Numbered from the stretch's first letter, positions 39,690-51,492 are shown. The stretch: 64,000 bases of DNA from Hydrogenophaga sp. (GCF_036675665.1 NZ_JAKFEO010000015.1:70889-134888); one strand, 5' to 3'. The notes: generated from the letters alone by a model not told the origin. Made by a program: numbers and translations.

Positions 39690-39723
39690 AAAAAAGAAAG
39701 GGGGCAGCGTGGTGACTGCCCCC
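39690..39723 (-). terminator. intrinsic-terminator-like hairpin between aorB-like and aorC-like genes
   Basis: On the minus strand it reads GGGGGCAG-tcaccacg-CTGCCCCC followed by TTTCTTTTTT. It lies 33 nt after the AOR stop, and the RBS and ATG of the next gene follow immediately. Confidence 0.6.
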
Positions 39724-39756
39724 TGGGTTCAGGCCAAGGCGATTCGGGCCCGGGCT

Positions 39757-41604
39757 CTACAGGCTCAAGCGAGCCCGGGTCTCGGCCGTGGGGCGACCTT
39801 CCGTGTCCCAGCCGCGCGCGGCGTAGTACTTGGGCAGCATCTCGGGCAGCTTGCTCACCATGCCCTTGGATGCACCGGTCTTGGCGGCTTCGGTCAGCAG
39901 GCGCTTGGGCAGGCTGTCGTCCTTGGAGGTGAAGCCGGCGGCGTTGTTGAATTCACGCTCCATGTTCCAGATGCGCTCACCGATCTTCTCCAGCTCTTCG
40001 GTGGTGAACTCTTCGTCGCACGCGGCCTGCAATTGCGGCGCCAGATCGGCCACGCCCCAGGCGAAGGTGGTGAACACGCACAGGCCCGACGAGTCGAACG
40101 CGGCGGTGGCGTCCTGGAACGCCTTCACCAGTTCCGGCTTGCCTTCGCTCTCGACCGGATCGGTCTTGACCGGAATGCCCAGCACTTCAGACGCGATGGT
40201 GTAGCCGCGCAGGTGGCAGGCGCCGCGGTTGGAGGTGGCATAGGCCAGGCCGATGCCCTGGATCGCGCGGCCGTCGTAGGCCGGGAATTCCTGGCCCTTC
40301 ACGCTCATGGACAGATCGGGGTGGCCGTACTTTTCGGTCAGGCGTTTGGAGCCCATGCCGATTTCCTTGCCGAAGCCTTCGCCCTTGGCGGTGATCTCGG
40401 CGAAGTGGGCCAGCGCTTGCGCCGAGCCGAAATTCGCGTCGATGCCGAGTTGCTCCTTCGTGAGCACGCCCATCTCGTAGAGCTCCATCACCGCGCCCAC
40501 GGTGGCGCCGAAGCTGATGGGGTCGAAGCCCTCTTCGTTGCACAGCAGGTTGGCGTATTGCAGGGCCTCCAGATCGTTCACGCCGTTGGCCGCGCCCAGC
40601 GCCCAGGCCGCTTCGTATTCCAGGCCACCATTGGCGCCCCAGTACTGCGGCTTGTTCTTCACGGTGAAGTGGTTTTCGTCCATCTTGCTGATGCGCCCGC
40701 ACGCGATGGTGCAACCGAAGCAGGCCTGGTTGGTCACCAGGTGCTTCTTGCCGTCGCTCTCACGCGGCGTCACCATGGCTTCGGCCGAGATGTCCTTCGC
40801 GCCTTCGAACTGCACGTCGCGGTGGTTGCGCGTGGGCAGCGCGCCGATCTCGTTGATCACGTTCATGAGCACCTGCGTGCCGTAGGCTGGCAGGCCCTGG
40901 CCCGTCACCGCGTTCTCGGCCAGGATCTTCTTCTTCTCGAAGGTGGTCTTCATGAAGGCCTTGGGGTCGCGGATGTTGCCCACGCCCTTGGTGCCACGCA
41001 CGGCAATGGCCTTGAGGTTCTTGCTGCCCATCACGGCGCCCACGCCCGAGCGGCCAGCCGCGCGGTGCAGATCGTTCACCACCGCCGCATAGAGCACGCC
41101 GTTTTCACCGGCCTTGCCGATGCTCGACACACGCACCAGCGGGTCCTGCAGGCTCGACTTGAGCACCTCTTCGGTCTTCCACACGCTCTGGCCCCAGAGG
41201 TGGCCTGCGTCGCGCAGCTCGGCCTCGTCGTCGTTGATGTAGAGGTAGACCGGCTTCGGGGACTTGCCCTCGAAGATGATCATGTCCCAGCCGGCCATCT
41301 TGAGTTCGGCGCCCCAGTAGCCGCCCGAGTTCGAGCAGGCGATGGCGCCGGTCAGCGGGCCCTTGGTGATGACGGTGTAGCGGCCGCCGGTGGAGGCCAT
41401 CGTGCCGGTCAACGGGCCGGTGGCCCAGATGATCTTGTTCTCAGGTGACAGCGGATCGACCTTGGGGTCGACCTCGCTCACCAGGTACTTGCTGCCCAGC
41501 CCGCGCGAGCCGATATAGGCACGTGCCCACTCGGTGTTCAGCGGTTCGGACTTCACGGTGCCCGCGGTCAGGTTGACGCGGAGGATTTTTCCAGCCCATG
41601 ACAT
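39757..41604 (-). CDS. tungsten-containing aldehyde:ferredoxin oxidoreductase, catalytic subunit (AOR family, AorB-like)
   Basis: A 615-aa ORF. MSWAGKILRVNLTAGTVKSEPLN...GSRGLGSKYLVSEVDPKVDPLSPENKIIWATGPLTGTMASTGGRYTVITKGPLTG...SNSGGYWGAELKMAGWDMIIFEGKS is closely parallel to archaeal AOR N-termini. The 4Fe-4S Cys motif CFGCTIACGR is present. Confidence 0.95.
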   Translation of the reverse strand: MSWAGKILRVNLTAGTVKSEPLNTEWARAYIGSRGLGSKYLVSEVDPKVDPLSPENKIIWATGPLTGTMASTGGRYTVITKGPLTGAIACSNSGGYWGAELKMAGWDMIIFEGKSPKPVYLYINDDEAELRDAGHLWGQSVWKTEEVLKSSLQDPLVRVSSIGKAGENGVLYAAVVNDLHRAAGRSGVGAVMGSKNLKAIAVRGTKGVGNIRDPKAFMKTTFEKKKILAENAVTGQGLPAYGTQVLMNVINEIGALPTRNHRDVQFEGAKDISAEAMVTPRESDGKKHLVTNQACFGCTIACGRISKMDENHFTVKNKPQYWGANGGLEYEAAWALGAANGVNDLEALQYANLLCNEEGFDPISFGATVGAVMELYEMGVLTKEQLGIDANFGSAQALAHFAEITAKGEGFGKEIGMGSKRLTEKYGHPDLSMSVKGQEFPAYDGRAIQGIGLAYATSNRGACHLRGYTIASEVLGIPVKTDPVESEGKPELVKAFQDATAAFDSSGLCVFTTFAWGVADLAPQLQAACDEEFTTEELEKIGERIWNMEREFNNAAGFTSKDDSLPKRLLTEAAKTGASKGMVSKLPEMLPKYYAARGWDTEGRPTAETRARLSL

Positions 41605-41675
41605 GTTGATGCTCCTTCGGTTGATCGGTTGGGGTCAGAGCACATCGCTTTGCGAGGGGTCTGACCCACAAGGTT

Positions 41676-42152
41676 TCAGGCTGCAGATGGCTGGTTGCCC
41701 AGCTTGTCGGCCCACTGCTTCATCTTGTCCATGCCGGTCCAGTTGGCATCGATGAAGGTGATGGCGGCGGTCGGGCAGGCTTCGGCGCAGGCCGGCTCGC
41801 CACCGCACAGGTCGCACTTCTGGACCTTGCCGGTTTCCTGCACGTAGTTGATCGTGCCGAAGGGGCAGGCGATCGTGCAGACCTTGCAACCCACGCAGGT
41901 GGTCTCGTTCACCACCTTCGCACCCGTCATCCTGTCCACCGTGATCGCTTCCACCGGGCAGGCGTGCAGGCACCAGGCCTCGTCGCACTGTGTGCAGGTG
42001 TAAGGCACCTTCTTGCCGGTGTGGTGGAAGTCAAAAACCTTGATGCGCGACTTCGACGTGGCGTAGGTGCCGTAGTTCTCGAACGAACAGGCCATTTCGC
42101 ACTGCAGGCAGCCGGTGCATTTGTCGGGATTGATGTGTAGAACTTTTTGCAT
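41676..42152 (-). CDS. 4Fe-4S dicluster ferredoxin-like subunit (AorA-like)
   Basis: Lies inside ORF 41676..42209(-), with the start at MQKVLHINPDKCTGCLQCEMAC (cat 42150-42152). It has four CxxCxxCxxxCP-type motifs. Confidence 0.88.
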   Translation of the reverse strand: MQKVLHINPDKCTGCLQCEMACSFENYGTYATSKSRIKVFDFHHTGKKVPYTCTQCDEAWCLHACPVEAITVDRMTGAKVVNETTCVGCKVCTIACPFGTINYVQETGKVQKCDLCGGEPACAEACPTAAITFIDANWTGMDKMKQWADKLGNQPSAA

Positions 42153-42287
42153 CGTTGTGTCTCCGTGTGGGTAACAGACGCGGTGCGCACGAACAGCGCC
42201 TATGCACATCTGCTCATATGATTTTTTGTGTCTGCCGCCATTTCAGGTTCAGGGTTTACCCGTGTTTATGGAACGCTGCGCGAAATA

Positions 42288-42302
42288 GTCTCAGATTGAG
42301 AC
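42288..42302. promoter_or_regulatory. perfect 15-bp palindrome in aorA / xdhC divergent region (candidate operator)
   Basis: GTCTCA-GAT-TGAGAC sits in the relatively AT-rich 259-nt intergenic region between 42152 and 42412. Confidence 0.3.
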
Positions 42303-42411
42303 AAGCCACAACGCGGCGCGCCAGGCCCGCTTCGTGGCATGCTCTTCCTCGCTGGTGGTGACCGTTCCCTCCAGTGCCATTCATTCACCCTGAAAACACA
42401 CCAACTTCCTC

Positions 42412-43503
42412 ATGGAAAACCTCGACGTCACCGTCCTGCGCACGCTGCACGGCTGGCGCGCCCAGGGCCAGCGCGCCCTGCTCGCCACCGTGGTCCGCAC
42501 CTGGGGTTCGTCACCGCGCCCGGTGGGCTCGATCATGGCGCTGTGCGAGACCGGCGCGGTGGTCGGCTCGGTCTCGGGCGGCTGCATCGAGGACGACCTG
42601 ATCTACCGCTACAGCCGCGCGCACACAGCCCCCGCCGGCGCGGCACCCATGGCGGGCATCACCCACGAGATCCCCGACGGCGCGCCCGAGCGCGTGAAGT
42701 ACGGCGTGAGCGCCGACGAAGCGCACCGCTTCGGCCTGCCCTGCGGCGGCACGCTGGAGCTGGTGCTCGAATTCAACCCGGACGCGGCCTCGCTGCTCGC
42801 GCTGGTGCAGACCCTGGCCGACGGCCAGATGGTGCAGCGGCGCACCGAGATGGCCAGCGGCCGCGTGGAGTTGCGCGCGGTCACCGCGCCCTCGCCGCTG
42901 ATCGACGACAGCGAGGTGCTCGCCAACACCTTCGGCCCCGAGTACCGCATGCTGCTCATCGGTGCCGGCCAGCTCACCGAATACCTCGCCACCATGGCCC
43001 TGTTCAGCGGCTTCGCGGTCACCGTGTGCGACCCGCGCGAGGAATACCGCGCGGCCTGGCAGGTGAGCGGCGTCACCCTGCTCACCGAGATGCCCGACGA
43101 CGTGGTGCGCGACTTCAAGGTCGACCGCCGCAGCTGCGTGATCGCGCTCACCCACGACCCCAAGCTCGACGACCTGGCCCTGCTCGAGGCACTGGAAACC
43201 GAGGCCTTCTACGTGGGTGCCATCGGTTCGCGGCGCAACAACGAGGCGCGCCACGCCCGCATGATCGAGCACTTCGACCAGACGCCCGAGAGCCTGGTGC
43301 GGCTGCGCGGGCCGATCGGCATCTACATCGGCAGCAAGACCCCGCCCGAGATCGCGGTGAGCATCATGGCCGAGGTGCTGGCGGTGAAGAACGGCGTGCC
43401 GCTGCCGCGCGACATGGACGTGACCCACGCCAAAAACGCGCTGACAGACGTCACCGCCGAGCCGTCGGGCCCGGCCTGCTTTTCCCCCACCACCGCCCGG
43501 TGA
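42412..43503 (+). CDS. XdhC/CoxI-family molybdenum/tungsten-cofactor insertion chaperone
   Basis: A 363-aa ORF. The N-terminal XdhC_CoxI region is LATVVRTWGSSPRPVGSIMALCETGAVVGSVSGGCIEDD. The Rossmann-like C-terminal part is LLIGAGQLTEYLA. Confidence 0.85.
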   Translation: MENLDVTVLRTLHGWRAQGQRALLATVVRTWGSSPRPVGSIMALCETGAVVGSVSGGCIEDDLIYRYSRAHTAPAGAAPMAGITHEIPDGAPERVKYGVSADEAHRFGLPCGGTLELVLEFNPDAASLLALVQTLADGQMVQRRTEMASGRVELRAVTAPSPLIDDSEVLANTFGPEYRMLLIGAGQLTEYLATMALFSGFAVTVCDPREEYRAAWQVSGVTLLTEMPDDVVRDFKVDRRSCVIALTHDPKLDDLALLEALETEAFYVGAIGSRRNNEARHARMIEHFDQTPESLVRLRGPIGIYIGSKTPPEIAVSIMAEVLAVKNGVPLPRDMDVTHAKNALTDVTAEPSGPACFSPTTAR

Positions 43504-44192
43504 ACACCGCCGCCCTGCCACCGCCGCTGCGCACCGGCGTGCTCATCCTCGCCGCGGGCGCCGGCCGGCGCATGGGCGGGCGGGCCAAGTGTTTGCTGGA
43601 GGTGCAGGGCCACAGCCTGCTGGAGCGGCTGGCGCGTTCGGTGCGCAGCGTCGGGCTTCAAACGCCGGTGCTGGTGCTCGGCCACCACGCCACCGAGATC
43701 CAGGCACACCTGGCGCAATGGCCCGGGCACCTCAGCCCGCGCCAGGTGGTCAACCCCACGCCCGAAGACGATCCGGCCTCGTCGCTGCACCTGGGCCTGC
43801 ACGCGCTCGGCAGCGACGTGCAGGCGGTCATGGTGCTGCTGGCCGACCAACCCCTGATCGACGCCGACGACATCGGGGCCGTGCTTGGCGCGTTCCAGCG
43901 CCGCCCGGCCGGATGCCGGGTGTTGATGCCGATGGTGAACGGGGTGCCCGGCCATCCGGTGATGTTCGATGCCGCGGTGCGCGCCGAGCTGCTCGCAGCG
44001 CCCGGCACCAGCCTGCGGCAGTGGCGCGCCGCCCACCCACAAGCCACCCTGCCCTGGGTTGTGGACAACCCGCACCACACGCGCGACCTGGACACGCCCG
44101 AGGACCTTGTCGCCCTGGCCCGCGACACCGGCTGGGTCTGCCGCTGGCCGGTGGCCCCGACGGGGGTTAACACCGATCCCGTGAGCCGTTGA
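43500..44192 (+). CDS. MobA/MocA-like molybdenum-cofactor nucleotidyltransferase
   Basis: This is the C-terminal part of the tracked frame 42339..44192(+). The GTG at 43500 overlaps the xdhC stop (GTGA). GVLILAAGAGRRMGGRAKCLLEV is the signature LAAGxxxRMG loop. Confidence 0.75.
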   Translation: MNTAALPPPLRTGVLILAAGAGRRMGGRAKCLLEVQGHSLLERLARSVRSVGLQTPVLVLGHHATEIQAHLAQWPGHLSPRQVVNPTPEDDPASSLHLGLHALGSDVQAVMVLLADQPLIDADDIGAVLGAFQRRPAGCRVLMPMVNGVPGHPVMFDAAVRAELLAAPGTSLRQWRAAHPQATLPWVVDNPHHTRDLDTPEDLVALARDTGWVCRWPVAPTGVNTDPVSR

Positions 44193-44232
44193 TCCGCGTG
44201 CATGGGCGTTCAAACGCTGCTCTAATTCCTGG

Positions 44233-45351
44233 GTGAACTCCCACATGCAGTCACCCTTGACCCATCCGCACCGCCTGGCCTTGATCGAGCAGGCGCGCAA
44301 ATCGGTTCTGGACACGCGGGACCCGAGCACCCCGGTGCAACTCTCGCCGTGGATCGACCGTTCGTGGCGGCGCTGCCTGGGCATGGGCTTCAACCCGCAC
44401 CAGCCGGTCGCCTTCGATGCGGTCACCCACAGCGCCGTGCGCAACGCCATCGAGGCCAACCAGCCTCTGCTGCGGGCGGCGGCACCGGTGATCCAGTCGC
44501 TCACGCGGGCCATGGCCAACACGCGCTACTTCGCCATCCTCACCGACGCCAGCGGCCTGGTGATCGACGTCAATGGCCCGGTGGACCGCCACAACCCGCA
44601 GGCGTCGACCATCGCGCGCGTGGGCGTGGACTTGTCCGAACGCGCCGTGGGCACCACCGCCATCGGCGCCACGCTGGCCGAGCTGCAGCCGGTGTGGCTG
44701 CACCGCGGCGAACACTTCTTTGACGCCACCAGTGTCTACAGCTGCGCCGGTGCGCCCATCTGGGGGCCCGACGGTCAGTGCGTGGGCATGCTCGATCTCA
44801 CCGGTGTGAACGTGGTGGAACAACCCGCCCTCAAGCACCTCGTCACGCAGTCGGCACGCAGCATCGAGAACGCGCTGGCGCTGGCCCGACCCCACCGGCT
44901 GCTGCTGTGCCTCAGCTGGCCGGGCAGCCTGCCGGGCGACGCCAGCGAAGGCCTGGTCTGCGTGGACGCCGACGGGCAGATCACCGCGCTCAACCGCTCG
45001 GCGGCCGACATGCTCGGCATCGTGGCCGGCATGGCGCCCGGCCACTGCAGCGACGTGTTTGCCGTGCCGGTGGAAACGCTGTTCGACGCCGCGCACCTGC
45101 AGCGCGGCCCGCTCGACGTGCCGCTGTGGTCGGGCCTGCGTCTGAGCGTGCTGGCCCAGCTCAACCAGGGCGGCGAACGCGGCCCGGTGCATGGCGCCAG
45201 CCATGGCCTGCCGCTCAAGGACGTGGAGACCGCCATGATCCGCAAGGCGGTGGACGACGCGCGTGGCAACGTCAAGGAAGCCGCCCGCGCGCTGGGCATC
45301 AGCCGCGCCACGGTGTACCGCAAGCTCGGCGCCCAGCGCGACCGGGGCTGA
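44233..45351 (+). CDS. AcoR-like GAF-PAS-HTH(Fis) regulator lacking the sigma-54 AAA+ module
   Basis: A 372-aa ORF (GTG 44233 or ATG 44245). Its N-terminal half aligns by eye with the 49296..51491 activator (GTTAIGATLAE...CAGAPIWGPDGQCVGMLDLTG versus GTNAIGTALTE...CSASPIFDPYGQVIGALDVTG). The C-terminus GNVKEAARALGISRATVYRKL is the Fis-type HTH. No Walker A (GETGTGK) or GAFTGA motif is present. Confidence 0.8.
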   Translation: MNSHMQSPLTHPHRLALIEQARKSVLDTRDPSTPVQLSPWIDRSWRRCLGMGFNPHQPVAFDAVTHSAVRNAIEANQPLLRAAAPVIQSLTRAMANTRYFAILTDASGLVIDVNGPVDRHNPQASTIARVGVDLSERAVGTTAIGATLAELQPVWLHRGEHFFDATSVYSCAGAPIWGPDGQCVGMLDLTGVNVVEQPALKHLVTQSARSIENALALARPHRLLLCLSWPGSLPGDASEGLVCVDADGQITALNRSAADMLGIVAGMAPGHCSDVFAVPVETLFDAAHLQRGPLDVPLWSGLRLSVLAQLNQGGERGPVHGASHGLPLKDVETAMIRKAVDDARGNVKEAARALGISRATVYRKLGAQRDRG

Positions 45352-45363
45352 CCCGCCCGGCCC

Positions 45364-45747
45364 TCAGCGGGGGGCTGAATCCTGTGCGTCCAGTTCGGCC
45401 AGCTCGGCCTCGTTGAACACACGCGAGCGCGTGTGGAACGCCTTGCCCTCCGGTCCCTCGAGCGAGAACGTGCCGCCGTGGCCTTCGATCACGTCGATGA
45501 TGAGCTGCGTGTGGCGCCAGGTCACGTACTGCGCCTTGCCGATGTAGAACGGGCACCCCCCGATGTCGCCCAGGTACACGTCGCCCGCGCCGGTGGTGAT
45601 CTCGCCCAGCAGGTAGCAGTTGGCTGCGCTGTTGTCGCAGCAGCCGCCGGACTGGTGGAACATGAGACCGGGACCGTGCTGCCGCTTGAGCTGCTCGATC
45701 AGTTCCACGGCGGCAGGGGTGGCAATGACTTTTTCAACCATGGGCAT
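45364..45747 (-). CDS. DUF779-family protein (usual partner of acetaldehyde dehydrogenase)
   Basis: A 127-aa ORF showing LMFHQSGGCCDNSAANCY...GGCPFYI. Confidence 0.8.
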   Translation of the reverse strand: MPMVEKVIATPAAVELIEQLKRQHGPGLMFHQSGGCCDNSAANCYLLGEITTGAGDVYLGDIGGCPFYIGKAQYVTWRHTQLIIDVIEGHGGTFSLEGPEGKAFHTRSRVFNEAELAELDAQDSAPR

Positions 45748-45782
45748 TTCCCGAGATACCTTTCCGGAGCGGAGTGCCCCAA

Positions 45783-45864
45783 CCAGAACGCGGCGGAACC
45801 GGCTTTGCCGGGCCGCACCGCGTTGCCCCCTGGGGGTGACGCGCCGCAGGCGCGGCGCGGGGGG
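45783..45864 (-). repeat. double-hairpin intergenic repeat, copy C
   Basis: The reverse complement reads ccccccgcgccgcgcctgcggcgcgtcaCCCCCagGGGGGcaacgcggtgCGGCCCGGCaaaGCCGGttCCGCCGcgttctgg. It lies between the aldehyde dehydrogenase stop (45866) and the DUF779 start (45747), in the same orientation as the operon. Confidence 0.7.
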
Positions 45865-45865
45865 T

Positions 45866-47386
<1,521 letters not shown>

Positions 47387-47448
47387 GTTGTCTTCCTCGG
47401 GGGTGAACGTTGATGACGAAGCCTGTTTCGTCAGGCCCTCTTCACACC

Positions 47449-47463
47449 TCAAGTTCCATGCCA
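47449..47463 (-). promoter_or_regulatory. weak sigma-54-like promoter candidate upstream of aldehyde dehydrogenase
   Basis: The reverse complement is TGGCATGGAACTTGA. The -24 GG is fine, but the -12 reads GA instead of the near-invariant GC. It lies 63-77 nt upstream of the ATG. Confidence 0.3.
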
Positions 47464-47586
47464 CATGCGTTTTCAGGCGAATCGCTGCAAGACAGCACAC
47501 ATCCAGGCGAGGCACTGTCCCGAATCCGCCCGGGCACGTGGAACAGCTGTATCAACAAGGCACACCCGGGGCGAACTGAGTGGCGC

Positions 47587-48465
47587 TCAGGGCGCGGTGA
47601 GCGTCATGCCGTGCTGCCTGAAGATCGCGAGCAACTCGCCGCTGCCGCGGATCGATTGCAGGGCGGCTTCCAGCGCCTGGCCCAGGTCCTTGTTCTCGGC
47701 CTTGATCGCCATGCCCACCGGCCAGCCGTTGTCGGGCAGGCCGCTGAGCGCCAGCGGCGTGAGGCGGTATTGCCCCGGCCTGACCTCGGCGCGCGAGAGC
47801 ACCGACTCGGCTTGCGCGCGCGTCACGTAGGCCGCGGCGGCCTTGCCCTCCAGCAGGGCCTGCACGGCTTGCGTGCCGGTGTTGTGGATGCCGACCTGCG
47901 TGCGCAGCAGGCCGCCGCTGTAACCCATGAGCGCGCTGGTGGCCCCGGCGCCGCGCTCGGCCGCGAGCTGAAAACCCTTGAGATCGTCCGGGCTGCTCAC
48001 ATCGGCAATGCGCGAGGTGTCATACACGAGCACCAGCGACTGGCGCATGTAAGGCGCCAGGATCAGCACCTGGCGGTTGCGCGCCATGAGGTATTTGTCG
48101 CCCGGCACCTGCAGCATCACGTCGGCCGGGCCGTAGCCCAGGTAGTGACCACGCCAGACCATGTTGCGCAGATCGTCGTTCATGTTCTCGCCCGCATCGA
48201 ACGGCAGCAGCGCGAGCTTGAGATCGAGCTGTCTGGCCAGCGCGGTGGCGATCGACACGTCCAGCCCCTGCACGTCGTTGGCGGGGCCGTCGGAGAACGG
48301 CGCGTTGTCCTTGTAGACCGCCACCTTGAGCACGCCGCTGGCGCGGATCTTCGCCAGATCGCTCAGTTCGGTCTGCGCCTGCGCCAGCAGCGGCATGCCT
48401 GCCAGCAGGGGCAGCAGGCCGGCCAGGATCTGGCGGCGATCCAGCTGTCTGTTTTTTTCTGTCAT
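47587..48465 (-). CDS. quinoprotein-dehydrogenase-associated periplasmic substrate-binding protein (MoxJ-like)
   Basis: Lies inside ORF 47587..48684(-), with the start at MTEKNRQLDRRQILAGLLPLLAGMPLLAQA (Tat/Sec-type signal, cat 48463-48465). The fold looks like a type-3 SBP (GVLKVAVYKDNAPFS). Confidence 0.75.
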   Translation of the reverse strand: MTEKNRQLDRRQILAGLLPLLAGMPLLAQAQTELSDLAKIRASGVLKVAVYKDNAPFSDGPANDVQGLDVSIATALARQLDLKLALLPFDAGENMNDDLRNMVWRGHYLGYGPADVMLQVPGDKYLMARNRQVLILAPYMRQSLVLVYDTSRIADVSSPDDLKGFQLAAERGAGATSALMGYSGGLLRTQVGIHNTGTQAVQALLEGKAAAAYVTRAQAESVLSRAEVRPGQYRLTPLALSGLPDNGWPVGMAIKAENKDLGQALEAALQSIRGSGELLAIFRQHGMTLTAP

Positions 48466-48511
48466 GTCCTGTCTCCTCGCGGTGCGCGCCGCAAGCGGCT
48501 CGCGGGTCTCA

Positions 48512-49003
48512 TCACTGTTCGCGGCGGGTTTCGAGGTAGGTCTTGATCGACCAGATGGCTTCCTGCGTGAGCGTGCCTTCAAAGGGCGGCATGTACACAC
48601 GGCCATCGCGCACGCGGCCACGGCGCACGGTGGCCACGTAGAACTCGTCCATTTCCTTGTAGCAGGCGGCCTTCCTGGCCGCATCGGCCATGCCGGAGCA
48701 GTCGCTGTCGAACTTGCGCAGGTCGGGCGACATGCCGCCCGAGATGGCTTCCAGCCCGTGGCAGCGGGCGCAGTTCTGGTTGTAGGCCGAGGTGCCGATG
48801 CGCAGCGCTTCCTTGTTGGCCGGGCCGGTGCTGAACGGGTTGGCGTCCAGCCACTTGGCGCCGAGCTGCGGCAAGGTGCTGGTGTCCACCGATTGCGGGA
48901 TCACGTCGCCGTGGGCCATCACGGCGGCCACGCCGCATGTCACGGCCACGGCCAGCAGGCCGCGAGCGGCGCGCTTCGAGAGAGAAAAGGATCGGGTTTT
49001 CAT
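48512..49003 (-). CDS. c-type cytochrome, alcohol/methanol-oxidation-associated (ExaB/MoxG-like)
   Basis: Lies inside ORF 48512..49036(-), with the start at MKTRSFSL (cat 49001-49003). It has a signal peptide and the heme motif CARCH. Confidence 0.8.
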   Translation of the reverse strand: MKTRSFSLSKRAARGLLAVAVTCGVAAVMAHGDVIPQSVDTSTLPQLGAKWLDANPFSTGPANKEALRIGTSAYNQNCARCHGLEAISGGMSPDLRKFDSDCSGMADAARKAACYKEMDEFYVATVRRGRVRDGRVYMPPFEGTLTQEAIWSIKTYLETRREQ

Positions 49004-49151
49004 CGCGAGGTCTCCAGGGTGAAAAGGCGGGTTCACCGGGGCTGGTCAGCAAGAAGCAGGCCTTCCACCAAAAACCGGACAGCCACCACCCACGTGTTCC
49101 AAATTGCATCAGTTGCACAGTCCGTCGTCGCGACGCGTGACACACCCTCTT

Positions 49152-49166
49152 GCTCAACTGGTGCCT
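49152..49166 (-). promoter_or_regulatory. sigma-54-like promoter candidate upstream of cytochrome c / SBP genes
   Basis: The reverse complement is AGGCACCAGTTGAGC (GG-N10-GC spacing correct, with GGCAC at -24 and GAGC at -12). It lies about 150 nt upstream of the ATG at 49003. Confidence 0.4.
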
Positions 49167-49295
49167 TCTGGACCACCTTTTCACCGGAAGCAGCAGGCCG
49201 GCAAATTGCTACCCAGGCACGGGCACATCCGGCCCGGGTTGTTGCACACCGGGATTACCAGTGTTGTTTCCCGGGACAGTTATGAAGAAAATTGC

Positions 49296-51491
<2,196 letters not shown>

Positions 51492-51492
51492 G

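Noticed and set aside
38074-41448. A 1124-aa ORF on the plus strand spanning the whole AOR region
   Set aside because: It lies antisense to three well-supported genes. Its composition is dominated by G/A/R/H/L/V with runs typical of high-GC shadow frames, and it has no recognisable motif.
42153-42411. Sigma-54 promoter for the AOR or xdhC operons
   Set aside because: I scanned both strands by eye. The only TGGCA-containing sites (e.g. rc of 42375-42390, TGGCACTGGAGGGAA) lack the -12 GC. The absence is reported as an observation, not as a feature.
49126-49135. 10-bp palindrome CGTCGCGACG in the activator / cytochrome c intergenic region as an activator UAS
   Set aside because: It is a short, pure-GC palindrome in a high-GC genome and could easily arise by chance. 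There is no second copy or flanking half-sites.
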